The notes under the pieces are model-generated. The model was not told the DNA's origin, did no database searches, and was given only the letters and a program-made list of their open reading frames with translations. Source: a candidate division FCPU426 bacterium (GTDB taxonomy: Bacteria > Oederibacteriota > Muellerivitia > Muellerivitales > Muellerivitaceae). From it: a DNA stretch of 64,000 nucleotides. The stretch covers positions 1-64,000 of the forward strand of contig CAWKAR010000049.1 in NCBI GenBank assembly GCA_963847625.1, written 5' to 3'. The position numbers were made by a program, and so were the translations under genes. Position 1 is the stretch's first letter, and each line of letters starts with the position of its first letter. Positions 28,006 through 37,340 of the stretch are shown here, one piece after another.

Positions 28006-28211
28006 GTGTATTTAAAATACACATTTTAACATATTTTTAAACTAATTAACTCAAATCATAATATGAAATAGGGGTCAGGGAACATTCAACACTTGAAAGA
28101 CCTAACCCTCAAATAAAGGAATATCCAATCAAGAGGGTGATGGTTGCGTTCTGGATGTTGACGTTGTTTTCTACGTTTTCGAGGCCCTCGAATGAACTCG
28201 GGGTTACAGGC

Positions 28212-29657
28212 TTACTTGGCCTTCTTGGCCCACTCGGTATGAAGAAAACCCCTCTCCGGGTAGTCAGTCCTCTGGTAGGTATGGGCCCCGAAGAAATCCC
28301 TTTGGGCCTGGGTCAGGTTTTGCGGCAGGTCGGCAGAGCGGTAACTGTCAAAATAGGCCAGGCTGGCTCCCATGGCGGGAACCGGAATTCCCAGCGACAC
28401 CGCTATGGATACCACCTTACGCCAGCTCTCCTGGGTGGATTCCACCTGCTTCTTGAAGGAGTCGTCCAAAAGGAGGGAGGGCAGGTTGGGATCGTGGTCG
28501 TAGGCCTTCATGATCTCGTCCAGGAGCCTCGCGCGGATGATGCAGCCCCCCTTCCAGATGCGGGCCATTTCCCTCAGGTTGACGTTCCAATGGTACTCGT
28601 CCGAGGCGGCCTTGATGAGGCGCATGCCCTGGGTATAGGAACATATTTTGGAATCGTACAAGGCGTCCCGGATGGCGTCGATGAGTTCCTGCTTGGCCGG
28701 CTTGCTGGAAACGAATCCCGCGCCTTTGATCTTCTTGGAGACCATGACCCTTTCCTCCTTCATGGAGGATATGGTCCGGGCGTCGATGGCCGCGGCGATG
28801 GTAGGGATGGGAACGCCTAGATCCAACGCGATCTGAACGGTCCACTTGCCGGTTCCCTTTTGGCCCGCCTTATCCAGCACCATGTCCACCAGGGCCTTGC
28901 CCGTCTCGTCGTCCTTCACGGTGAAAACCTTGGCGGTTAGCTCGATGAGGAAGGAGTCCAACAAACCCTTGTTCCAGCCCTTGAAAATATCCCCCAACTC
29001 CTGCGCCTTCAGGCCCAAACCTTTTCGGAGAATATCGTAAGCCTCGGCGATCAACTGCATGTCGCCGTACTCGATGCCGTTGTGGACCATCTTGACGAAA
29101 TGGCCCGCGCCGTCCGAACCCACGTGGGTCACGCAGGGGCCAGAGTCGGTTTTGGCCGCGATCGCCTCGAACACCGGCCGGACGAATTCGTAGGCCTTGG
29201 GACTTCCCCCCGGCATGATGGAGGGGCCGAACCGGGCCCCTTCCTCGCCGCCCGATACGCCCGCCCCGAAGAAAAAGAAACCTTCCCGGGTCAAGTCGGC
29301 CTCGCGGCGCTGGGTGTCCTTGAACCAGGAATTGCCCCCGTCGATGAGGATATCTCCCTTGGAAAGCAAGGGTTTCAACTGCCGGATGGCGTCGTCCACC
29401 GGGTCCCCGGCCTTGACCATAAGCATGATTTGGCGGGGAAGTTTGAGGGCCTTCACGAAATCTTCCAGGGAATGGGCGCCGATGAATTTCTTACCGGCGT
29501 TTTTGATAATGAAGGGGGTCACCCGGTCGCTTCGGGGGTTGCAGACCGCCACCGTAAATCCGTGGTCCTCGATGTTCATGGCCAGGTTTTCGCCCATGAC
29601 CGCGATACCCAAAACGCCGAAATCCGCCTGTTTGAACCCTTGGTCCGCTGACGCCAT
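28212..29657 (-). CDS. gnd: 6-phosphogluconate dehydrogenase, decarboxylating (NADP+)
   Basis: GIAVMGENLA, GVSGGEEGARFGPSIMPGG, KMVHNGIEYGDMQ, GQKGTGKWT, QAQRDFFGAHTY. Confidence 0.97.
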   Translation of the reverse strand: MASADQGFKQADFGVLGIAVMGENLAMNIEDHGFTVAVCNPRSDRVTPFIIKNAGKKFIGAHSLEDFVKALKLPRQIMLMVKAGDPVDDAIRQLKPLLSKGDILIDGGNSWFKDTQRREADLTREGFFFFGAGVSGGEEGARFGPSIMPGGSPKAYEFVRPVFEAIAAKTDSGPCVTHVGSDGAGHFVKMVHNGIEYGDMQLIAEAYDILRKGLGLKAQELGDIFKGWNKGLLDSFLIELTAKVFTVKDDETGKALVDMVLDKAGQKGTGKWTVQIALDLGVPIPTIAAAIDARTISSMKEERVMVSKKIKGAGFVSSKPAKQELIDAIRDALYDSKICSYTQGMRLIKAASDEYHWNVNLREMARIWKGGCIIRARLLDEIMKAYDHDPNLPSLLLDDSFKKQVESTQESWRKVVSIAVSLGIPVPAMGASLAYFDSYRSADLPQNLTQAQRDFFGAHTYQRTDYPERGFLHTEWAKKAK

Positions 29658-29756
29658 AACCCTTCCTCCATATTTAATTCGTGCCTGGCATTTTAGCATG
29701 AAGGTAATCCGAAAACCGACCGCCTTGGGGGGCTATAATTAAAGGTGATTATCCCC

Positions 29757-29785
29757 TTGACATAAGTAACGTTTCAGCATATCAT
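29757..29785 (+). promoter_or_regulatory. Sigma70 promoter of the IS1595 transposase
   Basis: TTGACA-N17-TATCAT, with the -35 inside the left TIR. Confidence 0.7.
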
Positions 29786-29791
29786 TAGTTC

Positions 29792-30688
29792 ATGGAGGTA
29801 GTCACCATGAACACCGTACTCGATTTTATGAAGAAATTCCCGAATGACGATGCTTGTTTGGATCACTTGATGGTAACCCGCTATGGAGAGATTACGAAAT
29901 GCCCCAAATGCGGTAAAGAAAACAAGTTTTCCAGAATCGCAAATCAACCCGCTTATGCGTGTTCTTGGTGCGGTCACCACATCCATCCAATGGCAGGAAC
30001 TATCTTTCAAGATTCCAAGACACCACTTCAAAAATGGTTTTATGCCATGTACCTTTTCACCACAACCCGTCATGGTGTCCCTGCGAAAGAGATTCAAAGA
30101 CAAATCAGCGTCACCTATAAAACCGCTTGGAGAATGGCCGATCAAATCCGTCAATACATGGGAGCGGTTGACAAGGATGAAAACCTTTCGGGCCATGTTG
30201 AGATTGATGAGACTTATATCGGCGGGAAACATCCTGGAAAACGTGGACGTGGGGCAAAGGGAAAGACGGTTGTTTTCGGTATGGTTCAACGTGGCGGGGA
30301 TGTTATGACAAGAGTTGTTCCTAATGTTCGTAGAAAAACCCTTCAGCCCATCATTGATGAGAAGATTGAAAAAGGTTCTATGATTAGTTCGGATGAACTT
30401 CCCACTTACAACAAAATCGGAGAACATGGTTTTCAACACGGGATTGTCAATCATGGGCATGGGCAATACGTCAAAGGCATCCACTCCATTAATGCGGTTG
30501 AGGGTTTCTGGTCTCAACTCAAAAGAAGTATCAAAGGTACTCACGTTCACGTTTCCTCCAAGCACATGCAGAAATATCTTCGAGAGTTTGAATTCAGATA
30601 TAACATGCGCTCTAACCCTTCTTTGATGTTCGATTGCCTTTTAACCGGAATTTCCCAGATGACCTTCTCTGAAAACATTGCCGGGTAA
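29792..30688 (+). CDS. IS1595-family transposase (C-terminus altered by the IS1380 insertion)
   Basis: Zn ribbon CPKC...CSWC, VEIDETYIGG, SDE, NAVEGFWSQLKR, YLREFEFRYN. Confidence 0.93.
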   Translation: MEVVTMNTVLDFMKKFPNDDACLDHLMVTRYGEITKCPKCGKENKFSRIANQPAYACSWCGHHIHPMAGTIFQDSKTPLQKWFYAMYLFTTTRHGVPAKEIQRQISVTYKTAWRMADQIRQYMGAVDKDENLSGHVEIDETYIGGKHPGKRGRGAKGKTVVFGMVQRGGDVMTRVVPNVRRKTLQPIIDEKIEKGSMISSDELPTYNKIGEHGFQHGIVNHGHGQYVKGIHSINAVEGFWSQLKRSIKGTHVHVSSKHMQKYLREFEFRYNMRSNPSLMFDCLLTGISQMTFSENIAG

Positions 30689-32347
30689 TTTGTTTCTCAT
30701 TATATTCCCCCCCCCGCTTCTTCCACCCGTATCCGGAATTTTCTGGCCCAAGGCCAGCGAAATGAGCCCAAAAAAGGGTTTCTGTGCCCCAAAAAAGTTG
30801 AAAATGACCTTCCAGAAAGCCAATTCTCGTTGTGAACGCACACCTATCCCACGATGGTTGATCCGGTTGAAGCCATGAAGTGTTCCTGCGGTTATCGCAG
30901 TACTGGCGCTCGCGGCCTTACCATCGCCAGTAGCCTTATCCGTCCAAGGATTTCAGCAAACAGGCGTTGGGTAACCATCACCTCCGCCATCTGGAAAACC
31001 ACGTACCGCGAATGGCGGATAACGTTAGCTCCGATTTTGATAAGTTTTTCTCGCAACGTCGTCAGCGACCAATGCTTCACCAGTTCTGGCAGGGCTAGAC
31101 GGCGAAGGAAGTTGCCCAAGTTGTAAGCCAGTGCAAATAGTTGCAACCTTACTTGGTTGTCCGCGAAGTCGTGGCAGCTTAGTCTTGTCCACTTCATCGC
31201 GTACTTTCCCTCCTTGATCCATTGCTCAGCCGTACCTCTTCCGTTGTAGAACTTCACCACCTGGGGTGCCGGTCGTCGCATGTTCGTCACGATGAAACCC
31301 ACCCTCGGGAAAAGTTCGCCGTTGTGATGCTCAATCTTCGCCACCACGCGGCGGGGTTTGTCCCAGCTGACGGCTTGGTATTGGAAGCTGTGATACCGGA
31401 CAACCGGCTTGTGGGAAGGGCGGCCCACGGGACGGGTCAAAAATGGCTCAATTTCTCTTTGTAGCACGCCATTGGCGGGTTGGCGGATCGCATAAAGGTA
31501 TCCTTCGTCTTCTAGGTACTCGTATAGTTCCTGACGGGCGAAGGCCGCGTCACCCCGGAAAAAACGGCTGATGGAAAGACCCCGATAACGGACAACCACT
31601 GGTTCAAGAACCGACCGCCACTCGTGGGCGCTGGCCACATTGCCGTTGCGCAACATTGCCCGTTCCAAATCGCCAAACTGGTTGAAACAAAACAGGGGAT
31701 GGTAACAGGTACAGCCGAAGTAACCGTTGTACAAGGAACCTTCTTGGTCCCCGTAGGTTTCACTCACGGAGCTGTCCATGTCGAGAATAATCTGCTGGAT
31801 GGGCTTTTTTTCATGGACACCATCAATCCATTGGCCAGATAGGTCAATCAGACCGGTCTGGTTCTTCGACTGGGTGAGAACTTCCGTCTCGAAACGTCCC
31901 ATCTGGCTGGTGGAGGCAGCTTGTTTTTCCTTGGCCCGTCCTCCGATCACATGCCGCATCGCCGGATCAACACTCAATCGTTCTGCGTCGTTGGTGTCCT
32001 CGTAACCGGCTAGGCGGCTGTAGATTGATTGCCGCAAAAGCGCCGTCATCGTATGTTGCGTATTCTTGCCGGTTCGCCGATCCCTCAGAAGGTTTTCCGT
32101 TCTGTCAGTCAAACCAAAGGCTTCATCGAGTTCACGATAGGGAATCAACCCGCCATCGGAAGTGACCTTCGCGCCATGGAACTCCAGCTTGAGACCAGGA
32201 TCAAAAACCACCCGAAGAGCGTCTTTTCCCCTTTCACCCATTGCATTCCCCCCTCTCGTGGTCCCCAAAGTGAAGAAAAACCTTTGTTTGTATGGCCAAA
32301 CGACGCCTTATTATACTCGAAAGGTAATTTCATCTGGGAAATCCGGG
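30645..32347 (-). mobile_element. IS1380-family insertion sequence
   Basis: 18-bp TIRs CCGGAATTTCCCAGATGA / TCATCTGGGAAATCCGGG; TSD TTTAA at 30640-30644 and 32348-32352. Confidence 0.92.
30892..32241 (-). CDS. IS1380-family transposase
   Basis: VTSDGGL, GYEDTND, LDMDSS, FRGDAAF, FYNGRGTAEQWIKEGK motifs. Confidence 0.94.
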   Translation of the reverse strand: MGERGKDALRVVFDPGLKLEFHGAKVTSDGGLIPYRELDEAFGLTDRTENLLRDRRTGKNTQHTMTALLRQSIYSRLAGYEDTNDAERLSVDPAMRHVIGGRAKEKQAASTSQMGRFETEVLTQSKNQTGLIDLSGQWIDGVHEKKPIQQIILDMDSSVSETYGDQEGSLYNGYFGCTCYHPLFCFNQFGDLERAMLRNGNVASAHEWRSVLEPVVVRYRGLSISRFFRGDAAFARQELYEYLEDEGYLYAIRQPANGVLQREIEPFLTRPVGRPSHKPVVRYHSFQYQAVSWDKPRRVVAKIEHHNGELFPRVGFIVTNMRRPAPQVVKFYNGRGTAEQWIKEGKYAMKWTRLSCHDFADNQVRLQLFALAYNLGNFLRRLALPELVKHWSLTTLREKLIKIGANVIRHSRYVVFQMAEVMVTQRLFAEILGRIRLLAMVRPRAPVLR

Positions 32348-32502
32348 TTTAAAGGCTTTTTAATAGGCCGATTAAAAGCAACGTTTTCGATACCTTTTAA
32401 CAGTTTCCCCATATCACCTTGAGAAGGATGTTCTTTAGCAAAGCGATCTAGTTTCTTATGTTTACGGGCTTCTTGAAGCGAGAGATATTTACCGATAGAC
32501 AT
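32311..32502 (-). CDS. Small basic passenger protein of the IS1595 element, 3' end interrupted by IS1380
   Basis: MSIGKYLSLQEARKHKKLDRFAKEHPSQGD...; starts 2 nt after the stop of the upstream passenger gene. Confidence 0.6.
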   Translation of the reverse strand: MSIGKYLSLQEARKHKKLDRFAKEHPSQGDMGKLLKGIENVAFNRPIKKPLNPDFPDEITFRV

Positions 32503-32504
32503 TT

Positions 32505-33527
32505 TTAATTCCTTTTTTGATGACTTATCCAGACTAAAACCCTTATTTCCTTGCATAAGTCAGTTTGTATATTGCATATGTCAAATGGACAGCCAGGATT
32601 GTCGGAATTTCTTATAAATTGATCGTAGGTATCATTAAATTTATTAAAATCTCTCTCAAATACAGGATATTCAGAAAGAGCATCTTTTACCCTATTTTCC
32701 CAATCAATTTTTAATTTAATTTTTTCTTCTGATGGAGGAATTTTTTTCCAATTGTCTTGATCTAGAGAACACTGTAATTCATCTTTTAAAGTAACCCCCT
32801 CATCGGCCAAGTCACTTATTCTCGTTTCAAAATCTTTTTCTTTATGGGTTTTAATGGAATCAATATTTTTCATATCAGAATTACCAACATTTCCTTTATT
32901 TTTTAAAAGTGAAACATCGTCTGGTATCGTAACTCCATTCATAGTTAAATTACCTATTCGGCCTTCGTTATATATCAAAGCTTTACCATCAGTTTCATTA
33001 GGTTTAGGTATATGTTTTGGTTTTCTATTTAATCTTGGTTGATAAGGCATTCGTTTCCTTGGTTTTGAATTTTGAGGGGTTGATGTTGGTTTTATATCTT
33101 GTAAAGTTGGAGTTATTTGAGGGATAGAATTCACAGAAGCAAGAGGTTTATTTTCAGATTTTAATTGAAACGCTCCCCAAATAATTATTCCAGCAACTAA
33201 TAAAAGGAAAGGACCAATCCTTTTTTTATATAAGGGGGAAGTATCTTCTCTTTCAGAAATTACAATAATTTTGCTTTGTTTTTCTTTTTTTGAAAATATT
33301 TTTTTGATTCCAATTATTAACCATAAAAAAATCGTAAAAGCACCAAGAAATATTATCAGTGAAATTCCGGGATTTATATTTTTTAAATAATCAAAATGGT
33401 GGACTAAAAATGCTGTTATCATAGCACCCGCCATAGCGGGAGTAACATTGAACCAAGTAAGAACGGAAGAAACGTTACAAATCCATTCAAAAACGCGGAG
33501 AGTTTTTTGGATAATCGTTTTAAACAT
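32505..33527 (-). CDS. Low-GC passenger membrane protein of unknown function
   Basis: 340-aa ORF with about three N-terminal TM segments, a Pro-rich linker and a soluble C-domain; visibly AT-rich; inside the IS1595 TIRs. Confidence 0.75.
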   Translation of the reverse strand: MFKTIIQKTLRVFEWICNVSSVLTWFNVTPAMAGAMITAFLVHHFDYLKNINPGISLIIFLGAFTIFLWLIIGIKKIFSKKEKQSKIIVISEREDTSPLYKKRIGPFLLLVAGIIIWGAFQLKSENKPLASVNSIPQITPTLQDIKPTSTPQNSKPRKRMPYQPRLNRKPKHIPKPNETDGKALIYNEGRIGNLTMNGVTIPDDVSLLKNKGNVGNSDMKNIDSIKTHKEKDFETRISDLADEGVTLKDELQCSLDQDNWKKIPPSEEKIKLKIDWENRVKDALSEYPVFERDFNKFNDTYDQFIRNSDNPGCPFDICNIQTDLCKEIRVLVWISHQKRN

Positions 33528-33695
33528 AAAAAGATTTTCTCAAATTCGTATCGGAAGTAGTAGAAAAGTTTCATGGCTTTTCCCCCTGAAAACAGGCCGG
33601 AAAAGCAGAGTGGAAATCCTTTGTACTTATGTCTAGGGGATATACGCCTAATTAAAACACCTTGCGGTGTATTTGGAACGTTTGGGAGCGAGTCA

Positions 33696-35789
33696 TTGTT
33701 TAAGATCCCCTCAAATTCAGGCGCCTTTAGCCTCTTTATCCTATATTTGCTCTTGCTGGCGACTTATGGAATTTGGCTTTCCAATGGTCTTCCCTTCCAC
33801 ATGGATATCTTCGTTTACGATTATCCCGAGCGGTTCCTGAACCTTCAAAGCCTTAAGGAAGGTTGGGTCCCCCTTTGGAACCCCATGATAGCCTGCGGCA
33901 TTCCCCACCTGGCCAACTGGCAATCCGCGGTGTTTTATCCCCCCTATTGGCTGTTAAACCTCATGGGAATTCAAAAGGGTTTGGTCTGGGTCGCCCTTCT
34001 TCACTGCGCCTGGGCTTATGCCGGTTTTTACCTCTGGGCCCGGTTCCAGAAGGTTTCACCCTGGGCCGGGGCCTTGGGCGCCCTATCCTTCGCCGGCTCC
34101 GCCCACCTCACCCTTTGCTGGGTCAACCTTCACTTTATCTCCACCGCCAGTTGGATACCCTGGGTCTTCTGGTCCATCCACCAGGTCCTTCGCGAGAAAC
34201 GCTTGCGGTGGATGTTGGCGGCGGTCGTAATCGTGAGTCTCCAATTATTGGCAGGTTATCCCATCTTTGTTTTCTATACCTGGCTCGCGCTGTCGGTTTG
34301 GCTGTTGTTCCAAAAAATTCATTTCGGGGATTGGGCCAGGATAAAACTGGTCTTCTTGATTTCATTGGCCCTTACCGCCTTCCAATGGCTCCCTTTCCTG
34401 GAATTGCTGACTTATGCCAAGAGGGGAGGCTGGAACCTTTATCCCTACTACACCCACGCCAAGGAATTCCTGACGCTCCTGCTGCCGCGCCTCCTGGGTT
34501 TCCCCGGTTCCAACTCCTACCAAGCCGACTCCGCCAACTCTTTATATGGAAACCTCTATTTCGGATTGATTCCCCTTCTGCTGTGGGTCCTCGGCCTTTT
34601 CTGGAAAAAAAGGGGATTTTCTCTTTGGAGTTGGGCCGCTCTCGCCGGGTTGGCATGGTTGGCCGGGCCTTTTTTCACGCCCCTGGGAATTTTTCCCTCA
34701 AAATTCCTGGAGCTTTTGGAACCCTCCAAAGCCGTATCGGTCTTTTTGTTCATCGCCTGCACCGCCGTTTGTCTTTCCGCGGAAGGTTTGGTTTCCGGTT
34801 TTAAGAAAAGCCCGGCCATCCGGGTGGGTTTGGCCTTGGCCGCCCTATTCTGGGTGGTGGATATAGGGCGGCTTCCCTTTAACCTGGTTTTTCCCGCGCC
34901 TGATTATTTCCAGGATTCGGCTACTGGACAGAACGCCCAAAAACTCCGGGATGTGGTTGCTGGAAAAAGAATGTTGTCAATCCAACCGCCAAACAGGCTG
35001 GAAGCCAGGGCCGAACAATTAAACGACGCATTGAAAACCGATATTTTGGGCGTCTGCGTTCAAAATTTCCTCCCGAACACCAACGCGGTCTGGGGTATCC
35101 GATCCACCAACGCTTATCTCTCGCTATACACGGACAATTCCCTGAATTTAGGTAAATACTCCAACAAAGGAATTCCTTACCTTGGGGACCTCTTGGATAT
35201 CGTGGGAGTTCGGTTGCTTCTTTTACCGCAGGCTTTGCCCCATTCGAAATTCAAGGGGCTGGGATTATTGGCCGGCAACACCCTGAACCTGAACCCCCGG
35301 GCATCCGAGGACATGAGGTGGGTCCCCTCGTCCCTGTCATTTCGCGGCCGGCCCGAAATCTTGAATACCCTTGCCAAGCCCCATAGCGGTTGGGAAAAGA
35401 GGGTTTACCTGGAGAAAAACCAGGATGACGGACTTGTTCAACTCGCGCCTTCAGGGCGCACAGCGGTATTCCCGCTGGTGACGGGTTACGACCGCTCCTG
35501 CGCATCCCGGGCCTCCATTAATTTGCCGGTATGCAAAGAAGGTTACGTGGTTTTTAACGAGAGTTATGCTCCGGGATGGCACGCTTGGTTGGATGGAAAA
35601 CCCTCTCCCATCTTGAGGGCATACGGTTTGTTCATGGCGGTTCAAGTGAGGGACAAGACCCACCAGGTGGATTTCCGTTACGAGCCTGTTTCCTTCCGCC
35701 TGGGGCTTTTTATCACCCTAGCTGCTTTTTTCGTTTTGTTGACCGCATTGGGTTATAAAAAAGCTTATGAAAACATAAACAAATCTTAA
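33696..35789 (+). CDS. YfhO-like membrane protein (GT-C fold glycosyltransferase candidate)
   Basis: PLWNP..ACG.P, FYPP, many TMs, C-terminal ESYAPGWHAWLDG...FRYEP. TTG start at 33696 with GGAG RBS; the upstream part of the track ORF lies inside the IS. Confidence 0.82.
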   Translation: MFKIPSNSGAFSLFILYLLLLATYGIWLSNGLPFHMDIFVYDYPERFLNLQSLKEGWVPLWNPMIACGIPHLANWQSAVFYPPYWLLNLMGIQKGLVWVALLHCAWAYAGFYLWARFQKVSPWAGALGALSFAGSAHLTLCWVNLHFISTASWIPWVFWSIHQVLREKRLRWMLAAVVIVSLQLLAGYPIFVFYTWLALSVWLLFQKIHFGDWARIKLVFLISLALTAFQWLPFLELLTYAKRGGWNLYPYYTHAKEFLTLLLPRLLGFPGSNSYQADSANSLYGNLYFGLIPLLLWVLGLFWKKRGFSLWSWAALAGLAWLAGPFFTPLGIFPSKFLELLEPSKAVSVFLFIACTAVCLSAEGLVSGFKKSPAIRVGLALAALFWVVDIGRLPFNLVFPAPDYFQDSATGQNAQKLRDVVAGKRMLSIQPPNRLEARAEQLNDALKTDILGVCVQNFLPNTNAVWGIRSTNAYLSLYTDNSLNLGKYSNKGIPYLGDLLDIVGVRLLLLPQALPHSKFKGLGLLAGNTLNLNPRASEDMRWVPSSLSFRGRPEILNTLAKPHSGWEKRVYLEKNQDDGLVQLAPSGRTAVFPLVTGYDRSCASRASINLPVCKEGYVVFNESYAPGWHAWLDGKPSPILRAYGLFMAVQVRDKTHQVDFRYEPVSFRLGLFITLAAFFVLLTALGYKKAYENINKS

Positions 35790-35804
35790 GCTAAGGCTTA
35801 TTTA

Positions 35805-35911
35805 AACTGGGGTTGTACGTTGGCCCTTTGGGCCAAGTATGGTTGGCCTGTATTTCAGGACAACTACTTCAAGCCTGTCATAACCACCCCGCTATTCGCG
35901 GGGCATTCCTC
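35805..35911 (+). repeat. 107-bp structured dispersed repeat, copy 1 (candidate ncRNA or mobile palindrome)
   Basis: Reverse-complement match to 56539-56645 with 8 differences by manual alignment; three hairpins. Confidence 0.85.
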
Positions 35912-36012
35912 GCATGCCAGCCTTCCATAAAACTAATATGGAGGCTGGTATCGTACCGATCTCCATTTAATTTTTATGGAGGGTCGGCACAATGACATCA
36001 ATAGATTTTATT

Positions 36013-37041
36013 TTAAGGTAATTGATCCGGGGCAAGGTCCACTTCTTTCAAGGCGGCTTTCAATCCTCCCACCACGTCCTTGGGAACGTCCAAGGCCCAG
36101 AAATCCAGGAAGAAAAGCCTCGGGTTCTCATGGACCAGCCGGTGGTGGATGGCCGTCACGGTGATCCGGTTCTGGGTGAGGGCTTCCACGACGGGTTCCA
36201 ACTCTTCCGAAGTCAGGACAAACTCCCCCGACGCCGCCAAGAGTTTCCCCTTGGGTTGGAACTGGATCGTGATGGCCGTGCCCATCCAGGGGGGAATTTC
36301 TTCCCCGTCCTCCAGGATTACCCCCGCCCTGGAAAAATGGTATTTCATCAATCCCCCGTCCTCTTGTCCCTCTCCCAGGGTGGCTTTCAGGGCGGCCCAA
36401 ACGCGTTTCGGGGAGATGCCCTCGGTCGGGGTGGGTGTGGAAAGGATTTTTCCCCCCAGGGAAAGAGATGGCCGCGTTGGAAGCGGCTTCGCTCCGGGGG
36501 AAACGGGGGTCCCGGTGTGATAGAGGGCTTCCCGCAGCGTCTCCGCCAGCCGGGATCTGGCTCCCTGGGCGGTGAAAGAGAGGCATTCCAGGGCCGGGGA
36601 CTCGTGCAATAGGGGATGGCTGAGTCCTGTCACCTGGAAACCGTGCCGGATCAGGGTCAGAATTACGTTCGGGACCTCCTGGTCCAGTAATACCAGGTTT
36701 CCCAGAAGGAGGGTGCCTTTGGCCGGTTTACGCGGGGCTTTTTCGGCGTTATTCCCTTCTTTCCCGGCCTTTTCCCCCGCCTGGTCGGTTGGCTTTTCCA
36801 GGGTTTGGATTCCCCGGATGGGTTTGAAGGCAAACCAGCTGGTGGTGGCCAACCCCGGGTCCATGGACACGCCTGAAACCAGCACGTTCAAGTCCACCCG
36901 GGGGATCGAGATCCTCAAGACATCCCCTTCCACCACCCCTGACTGGCCCAGGATCTTCTCAACCGACTGCCACTCGGAACAGGCCCCGGCCGGGGGAAAA
37001 AAAACCCAGGCGAGAAGGGTAAGCATGATCCAAATTTTCAT
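36013..37041 (-). CDS. DUF1259 (LppY/LpqO-like) secreted protein
   Basis: Signal peptide MKIWIML...; two repeats with G..VL...E...V...L......VT.(L/I).H.L.HE.P; the canonical HNH motifs are degenerate (SHP, HHR). Confidence 0.8.
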   Translation of the reverse strand: MKIWIMLTLLAWVFFPPAGACSEWQSVEKILGQSGVVEGDVLRISIPRVDLNVLVSGVSMDPGLATTSWFAFKPIRGIQTLEKPTDQAGEKAGKEGNNAEKAPRKPAKGTLLLGNLVLLDQEVPNVILTLIRHGFQVTGLSHPLLHESPALECLSFTAQGARSRLAETLREALYHTGTPVSPGAKPLPTRPSLSLGGKILSTPTPTEGISPKRVWAALKATLGEGQEDGGLMKYHFSRAGVILEDGEEIPPWMGTAITIQFQPKGKLLAASGEFVLTSEELEPVVEALTQNRITVTAIHHRLVHENPRLFFLDFWALDVPKDVVGGLKAALKEVDLAPDQLP

Positions 37042-37340
37042 CCAGTCCTCCTGCCCGGGACAATCCCGTCCCCGGAATGTTAACTCCAGGTAAATGACCC
37101 GGGGTATTGATCTATTTTTCCCTTGAAGTATATCCTCTCGCGTGGCCGGCGCGCCTCCATTTAAAAAACTTTTTTCTTTTCCATCGGCCCGCGCGGACTT
37201 ATGATTTTCTAGAGTTTCTGATCCTTCAACTTCAATAAGGCGGATGCCGACGTCCGGCGTCTTCCACCACTCAACCCGGAACCCCCGAAAGGGTTTCGCA
37301 GCTGGGCTCATCCTAATCCGGTGAAAAAGGCTTCCGAGCC

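Larger units (their letters stand above)
29744..33648 (+). mobile_element. IS1595-family element with passenger genes and a nested IS1380
   Basis: 24-bp imperfect TIRs GGTGATTATCCCCTTGACATAAGT / ACTTATGTCTAGGGGATATACGCC; 8-bp TSD TAATTAAA at 29736-29743 and 33649-33656. Confidence 0.92.

Noticed and set aside
29774..30565. 263-aa minus-strand ORF
   Set aside because: Antisense to the IS1595 transposase; no recognisable motifs.
33573..33695. N-terminal extension of the YfhO-like ORF
   Set aside because: It starts inside the IS1595 right end; the TTG at 33696 with a GGAG RBS is more plausible.
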